A stretch of 64,000 nucleotides of DNA. Origin: an uncultured Candidatus Competibacteraceae bacterium. Lineage in GTDB: Bacteria > Bacteroidota > Bacteroidia > CAIKAF01. Positions 1 to 10,688 of the stretch are shown in pieces. Within the stretch, counting starts at the first letter, position 1, and each line of letters starts with the position of its first letter. Below the pieces are notes generated by a model. That model did not search any database. It saw nothing but the letters and a program-made list of their open reading frames with translations, and had not been told where the DNA came from. The stretch covers positions 222,110 through 286,109 of the forward strand of contig CAZOEO010000001.1 in the NCBI GenBank assembly GCA_964578885.1, read 5' to 3'. The position numbers were made by a program, and so were the translations under genes.

Positions 1-30
1 ATAGAAAAGTGGCTTGATGAGAGTCCTGTA

Positions 31-291
31 ATGATAAATTGGGGTAAAGAATTTAAGCAGTCTATTTATGTAAAGCGGGCAATTATGTATGGCGATCAAC
101 GGTGCGAACATTGTCTTAAAATTATTAAAGAAGGAAAACCAGTTTTTTGTCCCGCTATCGATTCTTTTCAATTTTTATATAATAAATCAGGTTGGGGTAA
201 ATTGAATTCCATAAACGGTTGGAAAAACAAGCCCACGTTCTGTTCAAACAATCACGCCAAAATATTTGTAAAAAACAACAACGGCCTATGA
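31..291 (+). CDS. small Cys/His-rich hypothetical protein (possible zinc ribbon), 86 aa
   Basis: M-to-stop ORF in the AT-rich left-edge region. Carries CEHC...C...CSNNH residues. Its stop overlaps the probable start of the next ORF. Confidence 0.3.
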   Translation: MINWGKEFKQSIYVKRAIMYGDQRCEHCLKIIKEGKPVFCPAIDSFQFLYNKSGWGKLNSINGWKNKPTFCSNNHAKIFVKNNNGL

Positions 292-1238
292 ATCCCATAC
301 ACTCCCTGCCCTCCATCATTCAAACGCCATTGCGAAGAGATTATACAGATCTCTTAACCCATGGTAAGATGCTTGAGGCAGAAAAATTAAGCAGGGAGCT
401 TAGTGCGCTGCTTGATGTGCCTTTTTACTTCAGTCATTTTGGAAATCCGCATTATCCGGTGCAAAATATAGAGGCCAAAACGGTGTTTGTGCACCTCAAT
501 CCTGGAGCAGGTTTGGGCCAATTTAATACCGAATCTGAATTTTTTGCACAGCGATGGGACAAAGATGCTTTTTATAAGCAGCATGGCTTGGCACAACAAG
601 TTGGTATAGATGAGGTGTTGAATGGTTATATACAAGGCTGGAAGAACTATGCACATCAACGCTTTGTAATAAAAGGCGAAATGGATAATTTTGATTTTAA
701 GCAGGCCTGTTTTTTGATGCACTGGCCCGAAAGCGGCATAAATCTCATCAATGGTGATTTATCTCATCGAACGGTGCAGCAGCAAAATATGGTGAATGTG
801 ATTGAGCAAAAGTTGCAGTTAGAGTTGCTCCCCTATGGGTCAAACACAATTAACACGTCCCAATTACTTAAAGCATTTGAACTAAAACCTGATTTACTGA
901 GCCCTTATATCGAAAACCTGCTCGCACTTATTACTCTACATCCACGAAAGTATGTGTTGTTTGGCAGCCGGGTGTTTCAGCAGTTATTCCGCGCCTATCA
1001 TATTCGTGTGAAACCCATTATACTTCAAGAAAACCCGGAGATAAAAATTCAACATATTACCAAAAACAGTTTATCATTTTCTTGTATGCGCCTGCAATGG
1101 GAAAATCAAACGGTTGATGCCGGCATTGCTCACTCATTTGCTCGACGCGATTTACCCAATGCCTATCAAAAGATGGCTGCTTACGGTCTGGCATGTTATC
1201 GGTACTATCAGCAAAACAATCAATTATTAGCTAGCTAA
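288..1238 (+). CDS. hypothetical protein (about 317 aa from the ATG at 288; the ORF opens at 219)
   Basis: Long ORF with no recognisable motif. The internal Met at 288 (MNPIHSLPS...) sits right at the upstream ORF's stop, suggesting translational coupling. AT-rich composition differs from the core genome. Confidence 0.4.
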   Translation: MNPIHSLPSIIQTPLRRDYTDLLTHGKMLEAEKLSRELSALLDVPFYFSHFGNPHYPVQNIEAKTVFVHLNPGAGLGQFNTESEFFAQRWDKDAFYKQHGLAQQVGIDEVLNGYIQGWKNYAHQRFVIKGEMDNFDFKQACFLMHWPESGINLINGDLSHRTVQQQNMVNVIEQKLQLELLPYGSNTINTSQLLKAFELKPDLLSPYIENLLALITLHPRKYVLFGSRVFQQLFRAYHIRVKPIILQENPEIKIQHITKNSLSFSCMRLQWENQTVDAGIAHSFARRDLPNAYQKMAAYGLACYRYYQQNNQLLAS

Positions 1239-1345
1239 ATAACCGTTTTGTACCATGTCAAAAAAGTTCGCTTCGGTGTGTTTTTGGTGGAAAACCTATA
1301 ATAATATTCCAGAAAAGGAACCGGAAACCAATTATTTATATTCTT

Positions 1346-1807
1346 ATGCAACTCGAAACCATCTTATCGGTCTTTTCTATCCTCGTTAACATCGTTGGTT
1401 TTTATTTTGTTATTCGTCAAATTACCCAACAGGCCTTGGCTACGCGCGGGGAAACTTATACCAGCCTTTGTGGTTTGTCCTATGAAATTTTAAAAATGAT
1501 TAGTGATCATCCCTACTTGTACGACTATTTTTACAAGAATAAAAAATTAGCCCCGGATTCTGACCACAAAGTTCAAGTGTGGATGTGTTGTGAAATGATT
1601 GCTAATTACTGTGATAATGTCACCTTGCAGCGCGAAAATATACCGGAAGCCGTCTGGGTGAGATGGAAAAATTTTATTAAAGGGCAGCTTGAAATAAGCA
1701 CTGAATTAAAAAGTTTTATGCTGGAATACAAGAACTGGTATTCTGCAGAAATGATTCAAATTTTGGAGGAGGTTCAAAATGCCCAAGTTCAAATTATTTC
1801 TAAATGA
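1346..1807 (+). CDS. hypothetical membrane-anchored protein, 153 aa
   Basis: N-terminal hydrophobic helix (LETILSVFSILVNIVGFYFVI); no recognised domain. Confidence 0.35.
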   Translation: MQLETILSVFSILVNIVGFYFVIRQITQQALATRGETYTSLCGLSYEILKMISDHPYLYDYFYKNKKLAPDSDHKVQVWMCCEMIANYCDNVTLQRENIPEAVWVRWKNFIKGQLEISTELKSFMLEYKNWYSAEMIQILEEVQNAQVQIISK

Positions 1808-1952
1808 ATAATCTATGCCATTTTTCTACCGCTTTGGGTGCGAAACCGATGGTAAGATGTAAAGGGAAAATTCATTGGTAAAATCATTACTTTGCTCAAC
1901 TTAAGTTAAACAAATTACGAAAGTCTAAAACTAAACCAAATCACAGAAAATC

Positions 1953-2510
1953 ATGGCACGCAAAAGTCGCTTTTGGGGAAACTTTTGGGGAGAGACCGGT
2001 CGCAATACCGGCAAATGGGCAAGCAACAAAATCTTTGGCCCTACAGGTTGGGCCACACCTAAAAGGCACATTATGCACCATGAAGAAGGCGGCAGAATCT
2101 CCGGTAGAAGCCATAGAACATCCTCCTTCTCTTCCAGTGGAGAGGATGATAGCACAAGTGATTTGTTTTTCAAAGAACAATCAAAAAATCGCCAAGACCT
2201 TCAAAATAAGGTCGATGCTATTCGTTTTGACTCCAATGATGTACACGTCATTTGTGCCAACATAGATGAACTGCTTACGGGCGCCCGCTTGGCACAGCAA
2301 AACAATATGTCCGAAGGTGTTTTTATTCCCAAAATTCGTGCAGGCATCATGCGCCTTCAACGCCTCAGCGAACATGAATTGGCAGCATTTTACAGAAGTG
2401 AATTAAACCAAGTCCTGCGAGTCAAATGGTTGGGGAAATTAAAGCATTTTTTAATCATGGTTGCGGTTTTTGGCGGGTTAATATTTTTCGCTTTTTTCTA
2501 TAAAGGTTAA
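1953..2510 (+). CDS. hypothetical tail-anchored membrane protein, 185 aa
   Basis: Basic, Ser/Gly-rich, disordered-looking N-terminus. Single C-terminal TM segment (FLIMVAVFGGLIFFAFF). Followed by a GC hairpin. Confidence 0.35.
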   Translation: MARKSRFWGNFWGETGRNTGKWASNKIFGPTGWATPKRHIMHHEEGGRISGRSHRTSSFSSSGEDDSTSDLFFKEQSKNRQDLQNKVDAIRFDSNDVHVICANIDELLTGARLAQQNNMSEGVFIPKIRAGIMRLQRLSEHELAAFYRSELNQVLRVKWLGKLKHFLIMVAVFGGLIFFAFFYKG

Positions 2511-2512
2511 AG

Positions 2513-2533
2513 CCCCGGGTTGAAACCCGGGGG
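2513..2533 (+). terminator. GC-rich hairpin after the stop codon (CCCCGGGTT-GA-AACCCGGGG)
   Basis: Near-perfect inverted repeat immediately 3' of the 1953..2510 ORF. No U-tract, which is common in Bacteroidota. Confidence 0.4.
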
Positions 2534-2614
2534 GTAAATAAACATCAAAAAAATAGAGCAGGGGAGCGGTTTATTTTCTTTCTTTGCATTACGAGGAAAC
2601 AAGCCTACGTTGCC

Positions 2615-3685
2615 ATGAAAATTCACAATTTTAGCGCAGGGCCCGCCATTTTGCCCGAAGAAGTTCTTCGAAAAAGTGCGCAAGCTGTTATCAATTTTAA
2701 TGATTCAGGGCTCTCTCTCCTGGAAATGTCCCACCGGTCCAAAGATTTCGAGGACGTGATGGACAAAGCCCGCCAGTTGGTCAAAGACTTATTGCAACTG
2801 GAAGACCGCTACGAAGTGTTGTTTTTGCAAGGAGGTGCTTCTACGCAGTTTTACATGACTGCCCTCAACTTGCTGACACCAAATGGATTTGGTGCCTATG
2901 TAAATACCGGCACCTGGGCCAGTCTGGCCATTGGTGAAGCCAAAAGAATTGGAAAAGTAGAAGTACTGGCTTCTTCTGAAGCAGATCAGTTTCGCCACAT
3001 TCCCAAAGGATACGACATTCCCGCCAATGCAGATTATTTGCATTTGACCTCTAATAATACCATTTACGGAACCCAAATGCATGCTTTTCCCAAATCGCCC
3101 GTTCCGGTGGTTTGCGACATGTCTTCGGATATTTTTTCACGCCCTTTTCAAGCCAATGATTTCGGTTTGATCTATGCAGGTGCACAAAAAAATATGGGTC
3201 CCGCTGGTGTGACCATGGTGATTGTAGATAAAAACCTACTCGGTAAAACGGGGCGTTCCCTTCCTACCATGCTGGATTATCAGGTGCATGCTTCCAAAGA
3301 GTCGATGTTCAATACACCACCTGTATTCCCGATTTATGTAACCATGCTCACCATGCAATGGTTGAAAGACAATGGTGGCCTTCCGTGGATTGGAAAAGTA
3401 AATGAAATTAAAGCCTCTACTTTTTATCAGGCATTGGATGCCAATCCATGTTTCAAAGGAACAGTAGCTACGGAGGATCGCTCTTGGATGAATGCCACTT
3501 TCCTTCTTACCCAGCCTGAGCTGGAAAAAGAATTTGAATCCATGCTCAAAGAAGCAGGTATCAGTGGCCTTAAAGGACACCGTTCCGTTGGCGGATACAG
3601 GGCTTCCATGTATAATGCATTGCCACTTGAATCCGTGAAAGTACTGGTGAATGTAATGGATGATTTTGCTCAAAAATTTGCATAA
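2615..3685 (+). CDS. serC: phosphoserine aminotransferase
   Basis: Full-length similarity to class V aminotransferase SerC (MKIHNFSAGPA...; the KNxGPAG PLP-lysine region is present). Its stop overlaps the serA start (ATGA at 3685). Confidence 0.9.
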   Translation: MKIHNFSAGPAILPEEVLRKSAQAVINFNDSGLSLLEMSHRSKDFEDVMDKARQLVKDLLQLEDRYEVLFLQGGASTQFYMTALNLLTPNGFGAYVNTGTWASLAIGEAKRIGKVEVLASSEADQFRHIPKGYDIPANADYLHLTSNNTIYGTQMHAFPKSPVPVVCDMSSDIFSRPFQANDFGLIYAGAQKNMGPAGVTMVIVDKNLLGKTGRSLPTMLDYQVHASKESMFNTPPVFPIYVTMLTMQWLKDNGGLPWIGKVNEIKASTFYQALDANPCFKGTVATEDRSWMNATFLLTQPELEKEFESMLKEAGISGLKGHRSVGGYRASMYNALPLESVKVLVNVMDDFAQKFA

Positions 3686-4653
3686 TGAGACAAGTTCGCA
3701 TTCTAGCCAATGATGGATTAGAGGCTTCGGCTATTTCACATCTTGAAGCCCATGGATTTGAAGTGCGTACCCAGCATGTGCCACAAGACCAATTGGCTGA
3801 TTATATCAATCAGGAAAATATTGAGGCGCTGCTGGTGCGTTCTGCTACCAAGGTGCGTCAACCCATCATCGACGCTTGTCCGGGACTTCGTTTTATAGGT
3901 CGCGGCGGTGTTGGAATGGACAATATCGACGTGACTTACGCCCGCGAAAAGGGACTGATGGTGGCCAATACACCTGCTGCCTCAACCGATTCTGTGGCAG
4001 AAATGGTATTTGCACATGTTTTTTCTCTCGCCAGATATTTACACCATGCCAACCGGATGATGCCATCTGAAGGCACAACCCGATTTGGTGCGCTTAAAAA
4101 ATCTTACGCCAATGCCTTTGAATTGCGTGGGAAAACCATGGGTATCATTGGCTTTGGCCGCATCGGTCAGGCCGTTGCCAAAATGGCGTTGAGCCTTGGT
4201 ATGAGGGTGTTACCTTACGCCACAACCGAGCGGGAAACGGAATTAGATATCGACTTTTTGCAAACTGGTGACACGTTTACCATTGCCATGAAAACCGTTT
4301 CTCTTCAGGAGATTTTTGCGCAAAGCGATATCATTACTTTTCATGTGCCCATGCCGGCCAACGGACAGCCTTTGGTGTCTAAAGCGGAAATGGCTCAGAT
4401 GAAAAAGGGCGTGTTGCTCATCAACACTGCCCGCGGAGGAGTTATTCATGAAGCAGATTTACTGGAGGCACTGAACCAGGGATGGATCGGTGGCGCTGGT
4501 TTAGATGTATTTGAAAATGAACCAACTCCCATGGAAGCGTTGCTAAATCATCCTTCGATTTCTGTAAGTCCTCACGTGGGAGGTTCTACGGTAGAAGCCC
4601 AGGAACGCATCGGTATGGAGATGGCAAGCTATGTGATGGCCCATTTTTCCTGA
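3685..4653 (+). CDS. serA: D-3-phosphoglycerate dehydrogenase (short form without ACT domain; D-isomer-specific 2-hydroxyacid dehydrogenase family)
   Basis: GxGxxG NAD-binding motif (GIIGFGRIGQAVA) and catalytic R/E/H region. Operonic with serC. Confidence 0.8.
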   Translation: MRQVRILANDGLEASAISHLEAHGFEVRTQHVPQDQLADYINQENIEALLVRSATKVRQPIIDACPGLRFIGRGGVGMDNIDVTYAREKGLMVANTPAASTDSVAEMVFAHVFSLARYLHHANRMMPSEGTTRFGALKKSYANAFELRGKTMGIIGFGRIGQAVAKMALSLGMRVLPYATTERETELDIDFLQTGDTFTIAMKTVSLQEIFAQSDIITFHVPMPANGQPLVSKAEMAQMKKGVLLINTARGGVIHEADLLEALNQGWIGGAGLDVFENEPTPMEALLNHPSISVSPHVGGSTVEAQERIGMEMASYVMAHFS

Positions 4654-4656
4654 CTT

Positions 4657-5862
4657 ATGACCTCTTTTTTGGCGCCTTTTTCAGGTTGGATTCCAGCCGT
4701 TTCGAACCCGGAACAGGTGGTGACCATGTCTTTTGAACAATACGCAAAAAAGGAGGTTCAGGAAATTTGTTCCACTCAACCGCATAGTTATCTGCATGTA
4801 GTGCTTCCTCCGGAAGTTCGTGCCAATGGTACGCTCGGTTTTCATGACAGAAACCTGGCTTCCGGACGTCAACTCAGAACCTTTATGCAGGAAGGTGTTT
4901 TTACCAAAACAGCACCGGCTTATTATCTGTATCAGCAGGTTAAAGGGAACAAACAATATACAGGACTGGTGGCCGCCGTGCATGTGCAGGCGCTCACTTC
5001 TCGTTTGGTTTTACCACATGAAGAAACCATTGCAGCCCGAGAAGAAAAGCTCACCGATTATCTGGATGTGGTGGGCATCAATGCGGAGCCCGTATGTTTA
5101 ACTTTCCGGGATCAACTTGGGATTGCACAGCTTTGGGCGCCGCTATTGGCACAAACGCCGGATTTAGACTTTTCTCTGGGTGCATTGGGCCGTCATCGAT
5201 TATGGGTCATTTCAGATTTGGTGATGGTTCAGCAACTTTCAGATAAACTGAATGCAGTAAATCAGTGGTTTATTGCAGATGGACACCATCGTACCGCTTC
5301 GTCACTCCGTTTGGCGCAACAAAGACAAGCACATAGTTCTGGCGGAGATCAATACTTTATGGCTAGCCTTTTCCCCGAAGATATGGTGGATATTTTACCA
5401 TTTCATCGCATGGTGAAAGGGCTTTCCGACCTTGTTTTATCTAATTTTCTTTCGCAGCTACAAGAGACTTTCGACATTCTTCCCATATCGGGCCAACCTT
5501 CCTCTCTGGCTGTGTATTTTCAGGGAAACTGGTATCATCTTTCTCCAAAACAGCCACTTGCTGCGCAAGAAATTTGGGCTGAGATAGTGTCTGAACGTAT
5601 CCTTGCGCCCATGTTTGGTATTGAAGATTTACGACGAGACGAAAGGGTTGGTTTTTTAGGAGGTGTAACTCAGCCTGAAGCCTTGGTGAATGCCATGGAA
5701 AAGGGCCATTTCCAAATTGGTTTTTATCTTCCGGCTTTATCACGGGAAGATTTTTTCACCTATGCCCAAACGGGAAAATACATGCCTCCGAAAAGTACGT
5801 GGTTCGAGCCGAAATTACCAAATGGACTGACCATGTTAGATTTACAAACTTCATTGGGATAA
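4657..5862 (+). CDS. DUF1015 family protein
   Basis: 401-aa protein of a length and layout typical of DUF1015, which often neighbours serA/serC. Starts 4 nt after serA. Confidence 0.65.
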   Translation: MTSFLAPFSGWIPAVSNPEQVVTMSFEQYAKKEVQEICSTQPHSYLHVVLPPEVRANGTLGFHDRNLASGRQLRTFMQEGVFTKTAPAYYLYQQVKGNKQYTGLVAAVHVQALTSRLVLPHEETIAAREEKLTDYLDVVGINAEPVCLTFRDQLGIAQLWAPLLAQTPDLDFSLGALGRHRLWVISDLVMVQQLSDKLNAVNQWFIADGHHRTASSLRLAQQRQAHSSGGDQYFMASLFPEDMVDILPFHRMVKGLSDLVLSNFLSQLQETFDILPISGQPSSLAVYFQGNWYHLSPKQPLAAQEIWAEIVSERILAPMFGIEDLRRDERVGFLGGVTQPEALVNAMEKGHFQIGFYLPALSREDFFTYAQTGKYMPPKSTWFEPKLPNGLTMLDLQTSLG

Positions 5863-5865
5863 ATC

Positions 5866-6423
5866 ATGATGGACCATGCGCAGGAGAATCCCTGGACTTT
5901 TTTGTCTACGGAATTGAAGTATGACAATCCGTGGATACGGGTAGAAGAACATCAGGTGCTGAATCCGGCCGGAAACCATGGGATTTATGGCGTGGTTTCG
6001 TTTAAAAATATTGCGGTAGGCATTGTTCCCATTGACGAAGAAGGCTATACATGGTTGGTTGGGCAATACCGTTATCCGCTGGATGCGTATAGTTGGGAAA
6101 TTATTGAAGGCGGCGGTGGATTGGATGCAGATACTTTGCCTGCGGCAATGCGCGAATTAAAAGAGGAAACGGGTCTGGAAGCCAGCGAGTGGGAAGAATT
6201 ATTACACTTAAATACATCCAATAGCGTCACCGACGAGCGGGCGGTGGTGTATGTGGCGCGAGGCCTCTCGCATGGCGAATGGAGTCCGGAGGAAACAGAA
6301 TTGCTAAGTTTGAAACGTTTGCCTTTGGCTGAAGCGGTTCAAATGGCCATTCAAGGCGAAATTAAAGACAGCATTAGCCTGGCGGCACTTCTAAAGCTGG
6401 GACTCTTGGGCATTACCCGTTAG
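5866..6423 (+). CDS. NUDIX hydrolase
   Basis: Nudix box GGGLDADTLPAAMRELKEETGLEA (Gx5Ex7REUxEExGU). Starts 4 nt after the DUF1015 gene. Confidence 0.8.
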   Translation: MMDHAQENPWTFLSTELKYDNPWIRVEEHQVLNPAGNHGIYGVVSFKNIAVGIVPIDEEGYTWLVGQYRYPLDAYSWEIIEGGGGLDADTLPAAMRELKEETGLEASEWEELLHLNTSNSVTDERAVVYVARGLSHGEWSPEETELLSLKRLPLAEAVQMAIQGEIKDSISLAALLKLGLLGITR

Positions 6424-8852
6424 TTTCCAAATCCATTGAATGTAAGTGCCATTTTAAAGAAAAGGTCGTTTGTAAAATCTCCCGTGGCATAGGCACCATG
6501 TCGGTGAAATACTCCCACTCCAAACCCGCTGCCATTCAGTACAAGCAAATTGTTTAAGCTAAGTCCGGCTTCGAATAATCCTTTTTCCATGGCTTGTACG
6601 AGTTGGCCGGCATGTCGTCCCGGATCTGTTATGCTTCCCCAACCTGCGTTATAATGCAGAGTAAGACTGGGTTTGGTCAGTTTTCGCCAGGAGAAAAAGG
6701 CGGGAAACTGGTGTCGTGCGAAAATGGAGACGAAGCGGTCTTGCATAAATTCGTTGGCCTTTGCGGTTTCAAACGCATTTCCGGAAACCACAGAAACATC
6801 GGTGTAGCTTCCTCTGCCATTGAACAATCTTGCGTAAGGCGCGTCACCCAATACCAATCCACCAAGCACGGTCAAGTTGGATTTTCCCATTTTTTTCCAG
6901 CGGTAAGTTTCTTCAATTCTGCCAATGACCCGCGTGAATTGCTGCGTTCCGTTGAGCATGGGTAAAGCTTGCTGAATGCTGAGAAAGAAAACTGGTTTTT
7001 GAGAAGGGAGACGCATCCGTGTATATCCGAATGCAATGTATTTTTCGCCGATGCCCCAACGGGCGGAGGCTTCAAGTTCCGCCCAACGGAAGGTTTGATT
7101 GAAGTTGGTATCGGAAAATGCGTAAGGGAACGTGGGATTTAGCACGACTTGGGAGCCTGTTAGCCAAAGGTTGAGGTTGGCCACCGGCCGCACGGTCATT
7201 CTGAAACCAGCCTGTTCTGTGGAGTCGAAACGTGCTATGGCCAGGGTTCGGTAAGCCGCATCCATGGAAAAAGGAACATCCATGTCTATTTCTGTGGAAC
7301 CGGATTCAAACACATCTCGTCTGTAAAATCCCCGAAGGCGTAAATCGAGTTTTCGTGCGATTAAAAACTCTCCGAAGCCACCATATTTAAATGCGCCATC
7401 TTTGAATCCATAGCCTATAAATCCACCAAACTTGAACCATTTAATCAGGTTTTCATTGGTTTCAGCGCCAAAGCCAAGTCGAAAGCCCTCGTACTGGTTG
7501 GCCGCCACAAGGCGGTTGATATCCATGTCGATGATGCCTACGCGAATTTTTCCCGTAAGCAAAGCGTCTAACCCTTTGAGCCTTCTGTCTATTTTTAATT
7601 CTTTTCCCACGCTGTCCATAAAATGGTACGTGAGAGAGTCTTTGTTGTCGATGGGGCTTTGCCGGTAAGTCACGAGGCGCTCTTCTGCCTTTTTCACCGC
7701 ATCCGGAGCCACTTCCACTGCCAGGGCGCCGAACTCCCGATTGCGCAAGGGTGGATGAATCACGACATCGCGGATGTAAGTACGCGCTTCCAGCTTCATG
7801 GGAATACCATTGATGCTGGCCTGGCTAAACACCAGATCTACATGCCATTGATTTGGAAACCAATACAAACTATCTATGGCAGAATATTGCTGAAGGATAG
7901 ATAATCTGTTTTCCTTTTCAATAACTGGTCTGGCCAGCGCCGTTTCTAATGCGATGGACGAAATATTTACCCGAAACTGTCCTTTGAGGGCTTCATTTTC
8001 TTCTCCCTGGTAAGGTCGGAATGAGATGACCAGAATGGAATCGGTTCCCACGAGGACGGTATCTTCAATGGCGTAAAAATATTTTTTCCAACCAGAAGGG
8101 GCTAACGGATTTACATATTTAATCCCTAAAACATTGAAGGTTTCCTCGAAAAAACTCAGGCTTTGGAGTTGCGTGGTGAGTGCGGAAAAAATGGGATTAG
8201 AGGTTCCGGAGGTTTTGGAGGCAATGACTTCTTCGTAAGATCTTGGTTTTTTGTACTTTTTCCGGATGACAGATTCGTTTAAAAAGACGTGCTGCCGTTC
8301 CAGAAAGGCTTTGGTTTTGATCATTGACGAATCTACTTTTCCCGTGATATCCGTAGATGTAGTGGCCACGATGGAGTCCATGGCGGCGGTAAAGAGCAGG
8401 CGCTGGTAGGCGTCATAGGTATAGCTGTCCCTTTGGTTGGGATCCAGCGTGTCTTTTTTGGCCCAAATGCGTCGAATCCAGCGTTCTGCGGGAGAAAGTC
8501 CCGGAGAAAATTCAATGGTTGCCAGTTGGACGGGAGTGGGGGTTAGCGCAATGCGTAGCGGGGATTCAGACGCTTCGGAGAGGTCCCAAAGATGGGTGTA
8601 ATAACCTAAGTATCTTAATTCCAGTGTAGCTGGTAAGCGAGGTACTTGAATTTGAAACCGACCATCGATGTCTGTGGTGACTCCTTTGCCGGTTTCTTTG
8701 ACCAAAACGGTAGCGAAAGGCAATGGCTTTTTGGTGCTCGCATCTGTGACAACGCCTTCAAACCGGTATTGCGCATATAATGCGCTGAAACCGGAAAAAA
8801 GAAAAAACAGGAATAAAAGCGGGTGAACTTGGTTAAACCGCCGGTGCATCAT
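6420..8852 (-). CDS. carboxypeptidase-regulatory-like domain plus DUF5686-type outer membrane beta-barrel protein, 810 aa
   Basis: Signal peptide, N-terminal CarbopepD_reg-like segment ([23 protein letters not shown]...TDIDGRFQI), and a long aromatic-rich C-terminal region ending in a terminal F/N. Confidence 0.65.
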   Translation of the reverse strand: MMHRRFNQVHPLLFLFFLFSGFSALYAQYRFEGVVTDASTKKPLPFATVLVKETGKGVTTDIDGRFQIQVPRLPATLELRYLGYYTHLWDLSEASESPLRIALTPTPVQLATIEFSPGLSPAERWIRRIWAKKDTLDPNQRDSYTYDAYQRLLFTAAMDSIVATTSTDITGKVDSSMIKTKAFLERQHVFLNESVIRKKYKKPRSYEEVIASKTSGTSNPIFSALTTQLQSLSFFEETFNVLGIKYVNPLAPSGWKKYFYAIEDTVLVGTDSILVISFRPYQGEENEALKGQFRVNISSIALETALARPVIEKENRLSILQQYSAIDSLYWFPNQWHVDLVFSQASINGIPMKLEARTYIRDVVIHPPLRNREFGALAVEVAPDAVKKAEERLVTYRQSPIDNKDSLTYHFMDSVGKELKIDRRLKGLDALLTGKIRVGIIDMDINRLVAANQYEGFRLGFGAETNENLIKWFKFGGFIGYGFKDGAFKYGGFGEFLIARKLDLRLRGFYRRDVFESGSTEIDMDVPFSMDAAYRTLAIARFDSTEQAGFRMTVRPVANLNLWLTGSQVVLNPTFPYAFSDTNFNQTFRWAELEASARWGIGEKYIAFGYTRMRLPSQKPVFFLSIQQALPMLNGTQQFTRVIGRIEETYRWKKMGKSNLTVLGGLVLGDAPYARLFNGRGSYTDVSVVSGNAFETAKANEFMQDRFVSIFARHQFPAFFSWRKLTKPSLTLHYNAGWGSITDPGRHAGQLVQAMEKGLFEAGLSLNNLLVLNGSGFGVGVFHRHGAYATGDFTNDLFFKMALTFNGFGN

Positions 8853-9834
8853 TTCCGGGTTTAAGACCGGCGCCAGGCTTGGATATAGACTCTCTCATGC
8901 TGGTGTCGGCCTGAATATTTTGCATTTTGTAGTAGTCTAAAACACCCAAATTTCCTTTTCTAAAAGCATCGGCAAGGGCGAGTGGCACTTCTGCTTCCGC
9001 CTCAATTACTTTTGCGCGCATTTCTTGGGCTTTGGCTTTCATTTCCTGCTCTTGGGCAATGGCCATGGCACGGCGTTCTTCTGCACGAGCCTGTGCAATG
9101 TTTTTATCGGCCTGTGCCTGATCCATCTGAAGTTGTGCTCCGATATTTTTCCCAACATCTACGTCTGCAATGTCGATCGACAGGATTTCGAAGGCGGTAC
9201 CAGCGTCCAATCCTTTGGCCAGTACGGTTTTAGAAATTCGGTCTGGATTTTCAAGTACTTCTTTGTGATTTACCGCAGATCCGATAGAGCTGACGACGCC
9301 TTCCCCAATCCGGGCAATAATGGTATCTTCTCCGGCACCACCCACCAATCGGCGAATGTTCGCACGTACGGTAACTCTTGCTTTGGCAATCAATTGGATA
9401 CCATCTTTGGCTACTGCCGCAACGGGAGGTGTATTGATGACTTTGGGATTTACGCTAAGTTGCACGGCTTCAAATACGTCCCGACCTGCGAGGTCAATGG
9501 CTGTAGCGGTTTTAAAGTCGAGGTCGATGTTGGCTTTATCGGCAGAGATGAGGGCATTGATCACCGGTAAAACCCGGCCGCCAGCCAGGTAGTGGGCTTC
9601 CAAATCATCTCTTTTTACCGCAATTCCGGCTTTGGTAGCAGTAATCATGGCTTTCACAATGATTCCTGGTGGAACCTTCCTGATTCTCATAAAAGCCAGT
9701 TGTAACAGGTTCACCTTTACTCCTGCAAAAATGGCAGAAAGCCAAAGGCCGATTGGAAGGAAGTAAAAGAAAATAAGAAAGATAAATATAATGGCGCCAA
9801 AAATAAGGCCGATTAATGCGAGTGGTTCGTTCAT
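8833..9834 (-). CDS. floA: flotillin-like SPFH/band-7 protein FloA
   Basis: N-terminal TM helix, SPFH core, and a C-terminal Ala/Glu/Arg/Lys coiled coil ([29 protein letters not shown]). Overlaps the nfeD stop by 4 nt. Confidence 0.8.
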   Translation of the reverse strand: MNEPLALIGLIFGAIIFIFLIFFYFLPIGLWLSAIFAGVKVNLLQLAFMRIRKVPPGIIVKAMITATKAGIAVKRDDLEAHYLAGGRVLPVINALISADKANIDLDFKTATAIDLAGRDVFEAVQLSVNPKVINTPPVAAVAKDGIQLIAKARVTVRANIRRLVGGAGEDTIIARIGEGVVSSIGSAVNHKEVLENPDRISKTVLAKGLDAGTAFEILSIDIADVDVGKNIGAQLQMDQAQADKNIAQARAEERRAMAIAQEQEMKAKAQEMRAKVIEAEAEVPLALADAFRKGNLGVLDYYKMQNIQADTSMRESISKPGAGLKPGNDAPAV

Positions 9835-10301
9835 GATACAGTTGTTTCGGTTATAATAATTGTATTGTTTTTAATTTCTGCAATTTCAACTTTAAGACCG
9901 GCATCTAACCAGCCATTTTGGGCATATACTTCTTCCTCCGTTTGGCCGAATCGGGCAATACCCACGGGGTTACAGGGGGTAATGGTGGTGCCACTGGAAC
10001 CTACATGAAGGTCGCTGGCCACTTTGGGCGCTTTTCCCGTTACCACTCCTTTGACTTCAAATTTTTGCCAAGTCTTGGATCGAAAGGCCAAATAAATCAA
10101 TGTGCCGGCAATGCCAAAGGTACCTAAATTTATACTCACCGCCCAACCCATGGGCAACACCATGAAACTTCCCAACATTCCTAATGCGCACATAGCTCCT
10201 CCGATAAATCCCACGATGGTGGTTCCCGGAATCAGGACAATTTCCGCTACAATGAGCAAAAGTCCAAACAAAATGAGCAGGGTGATGGTAAGTAGGGTCA
10301 T
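9831..10301 (-). CDS. NfeD family membrane protein (FloA partner)
   Basis: N-terminal multi-TM segment plus C-terminal OB-fold-like beta domain. Conserved operon partner of SPFH proteins. Confidence 0.75.
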   Translation of the reverse strand: MTLLTITLLILFGLLLIVAEIVLIPGTTIVGFIGGAMCALGMLGSFMVLPMGWAVSINLGTFGIAGTLIYLAFRSKTWQKFEVKGVVTGKAPKVASDLHVGSSGTTITPCNPVGIARFGQTEEEVYAQNGWLDAGLKVEIAEIKNNTIIITETTVS

Positions 10302-10305
10302 GGGT

Positions 10306-10602
10306 CTATTCTAAAGTAGCGGTGAGTCCACGCTGAACAAGCGCCATGTACTTTTTCTGGAGCATGTCTTCCGGTCCGTGGCTCACTTGACATTTTCCGT
10401 TAAAATGAATGATATACGTGCATTGTTCGGCTTGTTCCGGATGATGTCCGCAAACCTGAATAAGGGAAGCAATAACCCAGTCGAACGTGTTGTGGTCATC
10501 GTTATGCACAATGAGCACTTTTTCCTGGTCAAGAGCCTCAAGAAGCCCAATTTCTTCTTCTTCGGTATGTGAATGGCGAAAGTGAGTGTAAGGGCGCTGC
10601 AT
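10306..10602 (-). CDS. clpS: ATP-dependent Clp protease adaptor ClpS
   Basis: ClpS core (VLIVHNDDHNTFDWVIASLIQVCGHHPEQAEQCTYIIHFNGKCQV). Probable start is the internal Met at 10602 (the ORF opens at 10632). Confidence 0.8.
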   Translation of the reverse strand: MQRPYTHFRHSHTEEEEIGLLEALDQEKVLIVHNDDHNTFDWVIASLIQVCGHHPEQAEQCTYIIHFNGKCQVSHGPEDMLQKKYMALVQRGLTATLE

Positions 10603-10688
10603 GTGTGAAACCCATTTGGTACAAAAATGCAAAAAAAGCTTGAATATTCCATGTCCATTTTTCAGGAAGGTCTGCGTAAATTTGCAAC

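Noticed and set aside
219-287. Upstream start at 219 for the 288..1238 ORF
   Set aside because: The first 23 codons overlap the preceding ORF in another frame and are basic and low-complexity. The Met at 288 sits exactly at the upstream stop and begins a more plausible N-terminus. This stays uncertain.
387-722. Antisense ORFs inside assigned genes (for example 387..722, 2789..3082, 3236..3673, 33408..33995, 34811..35458, 45893..46435 and 53060..53482)
   Set aside because: Each is fully embedded opposite a gene with a strong homology-based call and has no recognisable features, so these are typical shadow ORFs.
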